Below are positions 37,641 to 44,337 of a DNA stretch of 64,000 nt, piece after piece; the first letter of the stretch is position 1, and the number at the start of each line of letters is the position of its first letter. Made by a program: the position numbers and the translations under genes. The DNA comes from Acidobacteriota bacterium (GTDB taxonomy: Bacteria; Acidobacteriota; UBA6911; RPQK01; JAJDTT01), in contig OZ253580.1 of the NCBI GenBank assembly GCA_965263035.1, positions 2,944,001 to 3,008,000 on the forward strand. The letters are read 5' to 3'. The notes under the pieces were generated by a model. It did not search any database. It was not told where the DNA came from and worked only from the letters and a program-made list of their open reading frames with translations.

Positions 37641-37723
37641 ACGCCCTGGGGAGCGTCGAGTCACCCGAAGGGCCGCAGCGAAGCGGAGGAGCCGGAGGCT
37701 TGACTCGACGCTCCCCAGGGCGT
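37641..37723. repeat. 23-bp perfect inverted repeat in the IS3 3' region
   Basis: ACGCCCTGGGGAGCGTCGAGTCA ... TGACTCGACGCTCCCCAGGGCGT. Confidence 0.85.
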
Positions 37724-37939
37724 GAAGAGCTGTCATGGCCGGAAGGGGACTTCCGGCCCTCTCGGACCGGAAACGACCACTTACATCACCCCAACCAAGC
37801 GGCAAGCTGGCGTCGCTCGGCGGCGCCATGTCCCCTGGATGTGAGGGCGGAATTTCACTATCGGAGTCTACTTTTCCCTACCTTAATTTGGCCTTCAAAT
37901 GGTCCAACGAACCAGGACCGCCTCACGAAAAAAATTCGA

Positions 37940-37977
37940 CTGTCCGTTTTCTGGGCAAAGTGTCCGCTAGCGGACAC
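37940..37977. promoter_or_regulatory. Putative enhancer (UAS) 3, orphaned
   Basis: GTGTCCG-CTAG-CGGACAC plus degenerate CTGTCCGTTTTCTGGGCA 20 bp away; overlaps the stop codon at 37967. Confidence 0.6.
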
Positions 37978-39553
37978 TGTTCTCGGTGTCTGCCACCTGG
38001 AATGCCCAGATAGTCGAGTCCCGGAACAAAAACCGCAGACGGACTGCTTTGCCTCTGAGCGATGCGAGGGAACGGCCCTTCCAGGTCACCCGGTGAGCCA
38101 GCCCGTCCCCCCGGATCACGTCGCAGTCCTCGCGCCCAAAGCCGTCCAGCTTCTGCTCGGCGGCGCCGATGTAGTGGCTCATGTGGACCTTTTTCCCGGT
38201 GTCGAACTGCCTCGCCGTGGGATCCACGACCTCGACCCGCAGTTCACCGCCGACCTGGGCGTTGACGACCAGCTCGTCCCCCTCCACCACGATCGGCCGG
38301 GTGAGAAAGGCCCCTTTCCCTTCCAGCCGCTGTCGGGTCCGGAGACCCATGAGCCGGTCCCGCGGCACCCATCCCAGGCCGATCCGGATCTGACGCCGAT
38401 CCAGGGGCACGTTCCTGGAGCCGTGGTTGTATCGGGCGCCGGCGTAGTAGAAGAGCATCTTCTCCCCATGCACGATCATGGAGGGCCACCAGATGATCCG
38501 GTCGTCCCAACTGCCCTCTTCTCCCTGGGGAATGAACGCTTCTTCGGGAAAGGGGTGGTCCCAGCGGAACCCGTCCCGGCTGACGATCAGGTGCTGCTCC
38601 ACGTCTCCTCTCACGTAGTTGTCCAACATGGACGGCAGCCCCAGGTAGACGCCCTCGTAGCGGATCACCTTCATGCTCTCCACTTCGGGCCAGCGCTCGC
38701 TCATGGGATGGAACACCGTCTGACGGGGCGACCATTTCACCAGGTCCGGACTCTCCTGGCGGACGATGTAACGGGGACCCGTGCCGGTCTCAGGATCCGC
38801 CTTCTCCGTCAGTTGCCGGTGAAACAGGACGTACTTCCCCAGGTCCTCGTCCCAGACGATGCTGGGATTCCCGCCGCCGCCCCCGCCCCGCAGGCCGCCG
38901 GGAATCTGACGCCAGCTGAGGCCGTCGGCGCTGTAGGCCATCCCGTTCCAGCCTCCGAAACGGCCCCCGTCCCGGTGGTAGGGGGGAACCCCGCAGGTGA
39001 GGAACCGGCGTTCCGGCGGCCGCTCTCTCGGGTCCTGGATCAGCCGGATGGCGCCGGCGAGAGGGCGCTTCCCCAGATGGTCCGCATGGAGCAGGACGTT
39101 GTTCTTCATCGTTCCCTGGTAGCGGACCAGACCCAGGTCCGGTTTCACCCACGTCACGCCGTCGCGGCTCTCGGCGTAGGCGGCCACGTTGCCGCCGGTG
39201 TGCTGTTCGATCTGGTACCAGAGCTTGAACTTCCGGTCCTGGGGGTCGTAGATGGCGGTGCCCAACTGGATCCCCCAGCTCTTCCGGGCCGTCTCCTCCC
39301 AGGGCGCATCCGCTTCCAGCAGCGGGTTGGCAGGATGTTTTTTCAGAATGCCCTGAACCCGCTCGACGTTGTACCAGGCGGCAAGGACGTGGTTGTCCAC
39401 CAGGAGCTGCTTCCGGTTGCCGATCCGAAGCGGCGGTTCCGATTCCAGCGGCCCCAGATGGACATGGGGAGACCCCGTCTCCTGCTGGGCGGCCCCGTTG
39501 GAGGCGGCCAGTAGGCAGAACATCGTCACCTTGGCGAGAGTTTTCAGATTCAT
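37967..39553 (-). CDS. Secreted glycoside-hydrolase-like beta-propeller protein
   Basis: Signal peptide; KHPANPLL, FKLWY, YAESRDGVTWVKPDLG, SRDGFRW and C-terminal LRGKAVRLRF motifs (Asp-box-like repeats). Confidence 0.7.
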   Translation of the reverse strand: MNLKTLAKVTMFCLLAASNGAAQQETGSPHVHLGPLESEPPLRIGNRKQLLVDNHVLAAWYNVERVQGILKKHPANPLLEADAPWEETARKSWGIQLGTAIYDPQDRKFKLWYQIEQHTGGNVAAYAESRDGVTWVKPDLGLVRYQGTMKNNVLLHADHLGKRPLAGAIRLIQDPRERPPERRFLTCGVPPYHRDGGRFGGWNGMAYSADGLSWRQIPGGLRGGGGGGNPSIVWDEDLGKYVLFHRQLTEKADPETGTGPRYIVRQESPDLVKWSPRQTVFHPMSERWPEVESMKVIRYEGVYLGLPSMLDNYVRGDVEQHLIVSRDGFRWDHPFPEEAFIPQGEEGSWDDRIIWWPSMIVHGEKMLFYYAGARYNHGSRNVPLDRRQIRIGLGWVPRDRLMGLRTRQRLEGKGAFLTRPIVVEGDELVVNAQVGGELRVEVVDPTARQFDTGKKVHMSHYIGAAEQKLDGFGREDCDVIRGDGLAHRVTWKGRSLASLRGKAVRLRFLFRDSTIWAFQVADTENSVR

Positions 39554-39615
39554 GTTGAAAGCAGGCCTTTCGGGGCAAAATCGGGATTGGCGGCACCGCC
39601 GGATCGGGAAGACGG

Positions 39616-39897
39616 CTATAGTTTTGAGACGGTCACGTTCCCGTCTATGTCCACCTTGACGAACTCTTTGGTCTCCTTGTGGAACGAGATGTCGATCATC
39701 CAGATCACCGCCCACAGGCCGACGGTGAAGAAACTGAGCATCAGATGAAGGACGTGGTTCACTGGAGTGCCGTCGGCGACAATGGCCTGGTAGTCGCCCC
39801 GGAAAGCCACCCTCTTGCCCTCGTTCTCCATGCCGGCCAAGTGTTGGGTTAGAAGCCGTCTTTGTTCGGCGGGCGTCGGTTTGTCCTTCTCGCTCAA
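39616..39897 (-). CDS. Small membrane protein (NHVLHL..S..T.GLW motif)
   Basis: TTG start after an AAGGAG RBS; one hydrophobic segment. Confidence 0.65.
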   Translation of the reverse strand: MSEKDKPTPAEQRRLLTQHLAGMENEGKRVAFRGDYQAIVADGTPVNHVLHLMLSFFTVGLWAVIWMIDISFHKETKEFVKVDIDGNVTVSKL

Positions 39898-40042
39898 TCT
39901 GATTCTCCTTGCGGTAAGGATAGAATTCAGCTGCCGGTTCGGCCACTCACCGAGATCTGACGTCATTCTCTCGAAAATGTGTACGGCCCGCCAGCCGAAC
40001 GGCATGGCGGCTCCGTCGGCGGGCTGATATAAAACACAAGGT

Positions 40043-40828
40043 ATGGCACAAGCAGTTGCGACTCTATGGCGCCGGGAGGTCATTCGCTTCTACCGCCAGC
40101 GAGGCCGTCTGGTCGGCGCCCTGGGCACTCCTCTGGTCTTCTGGATCCTCATCGGTTCGGGAGTCGGCGAATCCTTCCGTCCGGCGGCGGCGCCCGATGA
40201 CCTCCACTACCTGGTCTATTTCTATCCCGGGACCATTCTCCTGATGCTTCTTTTCACCGCCATCTTCTCCACCATCTCCCTGATCGAAGATCGCCGGGAA
40301 GGGTTTCTGCTCTCGGTGCTGGTGTCGCCCGTCTCCCGGGCCGGAGTGGTGTTGGGGAAGATCCTGGGGGGAGCGACCCTGGCTTTCCTGCAGGGTCTCG
40401 TCTTTCTGCTCCTGGCTCCTCTGGCGGGTATTTCCCTCGGCCTCGTTCAGATCTTGTGGATGATGGGCATCATGGCCTTGATTGCCCTCTCCCTGACCGG
40501 CCTGGGATTCATCATCGCCTGGCAGAGCGAGTCGACTCAAGGCTTTCACGCCGTCATGAACCTGATGCTGGTTCCCATGTGGATCCTCTCAGGCGCCCTC
40601 TTCCCCTTTTCGGGGGCCTCCTCCTGGGTTCAGCTTCTGATGCGGATCAATCCCCTGAGTTACGAGGTGTCGTTGCTCTGGCATGCTCTCCACTCGGAGG
40701 TGCCCGCCATGGGGATCCGCCTGCCCTCATTCGCCGTATCCCTGGTGGTGACCCTGCTCTTCGTTCTGGTGGTATTCGGCGTCTCCCTGTGGCTGGTCCG
40801 CCGACCCGGGCTGCGGGGCCTGTCCTGA
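40043..40828 (+). CDS. ABC-2 type permease
   Basis: ~6 TM helices; IEDRREGFL, LSGALFP and NPLSY motifs. Confidence 0.9.
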   Translation: MAQAVATLWRREVIRFYRQRGRLVGALGTPLVFWILIGSGVGESFRPAAAPDDLHYLVYFYPGTILLMLLFTAIFSTISLIEDRREGFLLSVLVSPVSRAGVVLGKILGGATLAFLQGLVFLLLAPLAGISLGLVQILWMMGIMALIALSLTGLGFIIAWQSESTQGFHAVMNLMLVPMWILSGALFPFSGASSWVQLLMRINPLSYEVSLLWHALHSEVPAMGIRLPSFAVSLVVTLLFVLVVFGVSLWLVRRPGLRGLS

Positions 40829-41250
40829 TGGACTTTTCGGACCTGCCGGCTCTCAACGCCGGCCTCAATGCCCTCAGCGGCTCTTTGCTGGGGATCGGGT
40901 ACTTGCTGATTCGCCGGGGCCGGGTGGGGGCACACAAGGTCTTCATGGTGGCTGCGGTGGCCGTTTCGACCCTGTTTCTGGTTTCCTACGTCGTCTACCA
41001 CTATCACGCCGGGTCCACGCCGTTTCCCGGGACGGGCTGGATTCGCACCCTGTACCTGTTGATTCTGGTGACCCACGCCACCCTGGCGGCGGCAGTGGTT
41101 CCCCTGGCGGCCGTCACGCTGGCCCGGGCGTGGCGGGAGGATTTTGGATCTCACCGGCGCATCGCACGCTGGACGCTGCCCATCTGGTTCTACGTCTCCG
41201 TCACCGGCGTGATCATCTACGTCATGCTCTATCAGCTCTATGCCCAATAA
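40828..41250 (+). CDS. DUF420 membrane protein (oxidase-associated)
   Basis: LPALNAGLN, AHKVFM, FLVSYVVYH and HRRIARWTLPIWFYVSVTGV motifs. Confidence 0.9.
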   Translation: MDFSDLPALNAGLNALSGSLLGIGYLLIRRGRVGAHKVFMVAAVAVSTLFLVSYVVYHYHAGSTPFPGTGWIRTLYLLILVTHATLAAAVVPLAAVTLARAWREDFGSHRRIARWTLPIWFYVSVTGVIIYVMLYQLYAQ

Positions 41251-42112
41251 GGGATCCGGTGCTCGCAAAGTTTCCCTGAAGACCCAGCTTCTCGTGTTCG
41301 GCTCCCTGTTGGCGTTCGTCCTGGTTCCGGGAATGTTCTGGCACGATGTCTGGTTCGGGCGCGCCTTGGACGACGCCGAGCTGGAGGAATACCTCAACGA
41401 CGAAACCAGTCCCAGGCGAATGCAACAAGGGTTGGCCCAATTGGGAGAAAGGATTCGCGGAGGGGACCCGGAAGCCCGGCGCTGGTTCCCGAGAGTGATG
41501 GAGCTGGCGGGGCATGACCATCCGGAGATCAGGAACCTCTCCGCCTGGCTCATGGGACAGGACGCCTCAGCGGAGGCCTTCCAGCCGCGGCTGGCGGGGC
41601 TTCTGATGGACTCCAATCCCCTGGTCCGCCGGAACGCCGCCCTTTCCCTGGTCCGTTTCGGCGACGCACGGGGACGGCCCGAGTTGCGATCCATGCTCCT
41701 GCCCTGGGTGGTGAAGAGTCCTCAGGCGGGACGGCTCCGGCTGCTGGTCGAGCCGGACGACGAGGTCCGAAGCGGTTCCCCGGTGGCGGAGATCGAACAG
41801 GGGGAGGTGTCCGTGGCGGTCCAGGTCCCCGTTTCCGGGAAGGCGGCGAATCTGGCCGAGGACGGACAGAGGGTCGATGCGGGCGCCGAATTGATGGTGG
41901 TGTTGCCGGATCCGGTGCATCTCTGGGAGGCGCTCCGGGCCCTCTATCTGGTTGGAACGGAGGAGGACCTGGAGTTGATCGAACCCTATCTGGGCTCGGA
42001 CGAGGCCAACGAAAGCATTCGCCGCCAGGCGCACCTGACTCGTGAAGCCATCCTCAAAATAGAAAACCAGCGCGAAGAGAAGATTTCAGGAAACGGGGCG
42101 GCATCTCAGTAA
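41240..42112 (+). CDS. Membrane-anchored HEAT-repeat protein with inserted biotinyl/lipoyl-like domain
   Basis: TM helix; D.NPLVRRNAALSLVRFGD HEAT repeat; V.PDDEVRSGSPVAEIE...VPVSG barrel-sandwich pattern. Confidence 0.7.
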   Translation: MPNKGSGARKVSLKTQLLVFGSLLAFVLVPGMFWHDVWFGRALDDAELEEYLNDETSPRRMQQGLAQLGERIRGGDPEARRWFPRVMELAGHDHPEIRNLSAWLMGQDASAEAFQPRLAGLLMDSNPLVRRNAALSLVRFGDARGRPELRSMLLPWVVKSPQAGRLRLLVEPDDEVRSGSPVAEIEQGEVSVAVQVPVSGKAANLAEDGQRVDAGAELMVVLPDPVHLWEALRALYLVGTEEDLELIEPYLGSDEANESIRRQAHLTREAILKIENQREEKISGNGAASQ

Positions 42113-42447
42113 GGCAGCGACCCGTGGCTGCCTTCGTAGCCCTTGATCGCCACCATGTCGATGGCGTCCCAGGGACATCCGTCCAGGAAGGTCCCCTCGG
42201 GGCCCTTGCTGGTGCAGAGCTTGCAGCCGATGCAGAGGAGAGGATCGACCTCGATCCGGCCGAAGGGCGGATGCTCGTCGTCCGGGATCCAGATCATGCA
42301 GTTCTCAATGGGGCAGTAATCCACGCAGGCAGGAGAGCCGGAGCAGCCGGTGCAGCAGTCGTTGATAATGGCAACCAGAGCCGGCTTCCGCTTCCGTTTG
42401 CCGTTCCGCTTGATGGTGCTGCGGTCTTTCAGAACGTCGACTTGCAT
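42106..42447 (-). CDS. 4Fe-4S dicluster ferredoxin-like protein
   Basis: CTGCSGSPACVDYCP and CIGCKLC...GCPWDAI motifs. Confidence 0.85.
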   Translation of the reverse strand: MQVDVLKDRSTIKRNGKRKRKPALVAIINDCCTGCSGSPACVDYCPIENCMIWIPDDEHPPFGRIEVDPLLCIGCKLCTSKGPEGTFLDGCPWDAIDMVAIKGYEGSHGSLPY

Positions 42448-42462
42448 CCCAGAATCATTATC

Positions 42463-42927
42463 TCATTTGGCCCGGCGGCGTTTCAATGGCCGACGGCGTT
42501 TCAACGGCCGGCGGCGTTTCACCTTGGGCCTGGGCTTGGGAGGAGGCGCAACGTCCGGACCGAACCAGGAGACCTCGTAGTCGGGGAATTCTGCCTTGAA
42601 AGCCTGGGCCAGGGATTCCCGGTCCGGATCCGCGCCATACGCCCCATTGGCGCCAAACAGAGTGAGAGTGCCGTAGTAGGGATTGCGGGCCACGGACCCT
42701 CCGCCCTGGACCGTGAACTCTCCTCCCGCCTCCAGGAAACCCGCGTCCTCCAGATCCTGCCTGGTCCAGCGGATCAGGGCCTCTTCGCTGTCCACGCCGG
42801 AACTGATGTAGTTGGAGCCGCGAGCGATCCTCTTGGCCGCCCCCTCCAACTGCAGCGAGAAGACGAGATACTGGAAGACGACACCGTCGCCCAGCAATTC
42901 GATGTCCCGGATCTCCTCCAGCGCCAT
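42463..42927 (-). CDS. hypothetical protein with basic repeated C-terminal tail
   Basis: Acidic globular part followed by PPPKPRPKVKRRRPLKRRRPLKRRRAK. Confidence 0.6.
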   Translation of the reverse strand: MALEEIRDIELLGDGVVFQYLVFSLQLEGAAKRIARGSNYISSGVDSEEALIRWTRQDLEDAGFLEAGGEFTVQGGGSVARNPYYGTLTLFGANGAYGADPDRESLAQAFKAEFPDYEVSWFGPDVAPPPKPRPKVKRRRPLKRRRPLKRRRAK

Positions 42928-42938
42928 CCCCAATAGTC

Positions 42939-43124
42939 CTAAATGGCGAGCATCGCGATCGCCATGCCGGCCAGGAGCAACAGGACGCCACCCCGGTGTG
43001 CGAGGGTGGCGAGGCGACCGGTTCCGCTCGACCAGCCCACCACGGTCAGGATCAACGTGCCCGCCGACAAGAGTCCCAAACTCAACCAGATCACTTCGGT
43101 CTTTCTCCCGCTCTGTCCGTCCAA
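42939..43124 (-). CDS. small two-TM hypothetical protein
   Basis: Two hydrophobic helices; TTGACA-N17-TATATC immediately upstream. Confidence 0.5.
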   Translation of the reverse strand: MDGQSGRKTEVIWLSLGLLSAGTLILTVVGWSSGTGRLATLAHRGGVLLLLAGMAIAMLAI

Positions 43125-43224
43125 TTGATATAGAGCTTTCCGCCTAAATTGTCAAAAAAAGCTCCCGTTTAGGACGCCCCCCCGTGGCGGCGCGGGGCCG
43201 GTACCGGAGAAACACCGGAGCGGC

Positions 43225-43473
43225 CTAGACGGCCTGCTTGGCCCGGGGCCTCCGGCGAACGGCGCGGGCATGAACCTTGCTCCGTCCCGAGAGTTTCGGT
43301 TGAACGACATTGGTGTCCTGCTGATATTGGGTCTTCATCGCCGCGTAGATCTGATTCCAGCAGGTGGAGCAGGTGTCCAGGTGCATGAGAAATTCCAGCT
43401 TGTCATCCAGGTCAAGGGTGTCACCCAGGAAGCCTGAGATCCGCTTCCGGTCGCACCCGTCGAAGGTGATCAT
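43225..43473 (-). CDS. Small zf-HC2 (ZAS anti-sigma-like zinc finger) protein
   Basis: C...ISGFLGDTL...HLDTCSTC (HxxxCxxC); good RBS. Confidence 0.7.
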   Translation of the reverse strand: MITFDGCDRKRISGFLGDTLDLDDKLEFLMHLDTCSTCWNQIYAAMKTQYQQDTNVVQPKLSGRSKVHARAVRRRPRAKQAV

Positions 43474-43642
43474 GATCGTCTCCTAGTTTTGTTGGTGAAA
43501 TTCAGCCGAGAATCGACGTGTGTTCTGAGGTTCAACAACAGAGACGGCACTCGGACCGAAACGGTTTCAAACATTTCGACTCCGGACCCCGGCGCCGGGG
43601 CAAATTGCAACCCGAAAACGCGGTCTGATATCGTGAGCGGCC

Positions 43643-44203
43643 ATGATCAATGCCACACAGATCCGAAAGGGAATGATCATCATCCATCAGAACGAGCCCC
43701 ACCGGGTCCGAGAGTCCCAGCACCGGGCACCTGGCAAGGGCGCTGCCTTCGTTCGGGTCCTGCTGAAGAATCTGCGGACCGGAGCGTCCTACGAGCACCG
43801 TTACGCCTCGGGAGACGCTGTGAACCGGGCGACTCTGGATCATCGAGAGATGGAGTTCCTGTACCGGGACGGGAATGTCTGCCATTTCATGGACACTGAG
43901 AACTACGAGCAGATCGGATTGGACCGCGAAGCGTTGGCCGAAAGCTGGGACTATCTCAAGGAAGGACAGACCATCACGGTGGAATTCTTCGACGGCAACC
44001 CCATCGGGGCGAAGCTTCCCGCCACCGTCGAGTTGAAGGTGGTGGAAACGGAAGCCGAGTTGAAGGGAGCCACCGCCAGCAACTCGCCGAAGCCGGCCAG
44101 GCTGGAGACCGGCGTCACGGTCCAGGTGCCGCCATTCATCCGGGAGGGAGAGTTGATCCGCGTCGACCCCTCCCAAGGCCGCTACATCGAACGCGCCCGC
44201 TGA
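43643..44203 (+). CDS. efp: Elongation factor P
   Basis: PGKGAAFVR, KPARLETG..VQVPPFI and Y.ER motifs. Confidence 0.96.
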   Translation: MINATQIRKGMIIIHQNEPHRVRESQHRAPGKGAAFVRVLLKNLRTGASYEHRYASGDAVNRATLDHREMEFLYRDGNVCHFMDTENYEQIGLDREALAESWDYLKEGQTITVEFFDGNPIGAKLPATVELKVVETEAELKGATASNSPKPARLETGVTVQVPPFIREGELIRVDPSQGRYIERAR

Positions 44204-44337
44204 TTGGAGGGGCGACTGGGACGGGTGGCTTTCTTGCCGCCCATTCCTCGACTTGCCTTGTGTCCACCCCGGAGGTCGGCGACAAGAAAGTCGGTGCTCC
44301 CGCATCCCGGGTCAGTCCCCCAGAGTAAATTGAACCC

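Larger units (their letters stand above)
36434..37925 (+). mobile_element. IS3-family insertion sequence
   Basis: TG...CA ends with imperfect IRs (TGAAGTGGTCC..TTGGACCA / TGAGGCGGTCC..TTGGACCA), CGA on both flanks, orfA and orfB. Confidence 0.9.

Noticed and set aside
33840-37977. GTGTCCG/CGGACAC repeats as a CRISPR array or integron attC sites
   Set aside because: No regular repeat-spacer period and no cas or integrase genes; position relative to sigma54 promoters fits enhancers better
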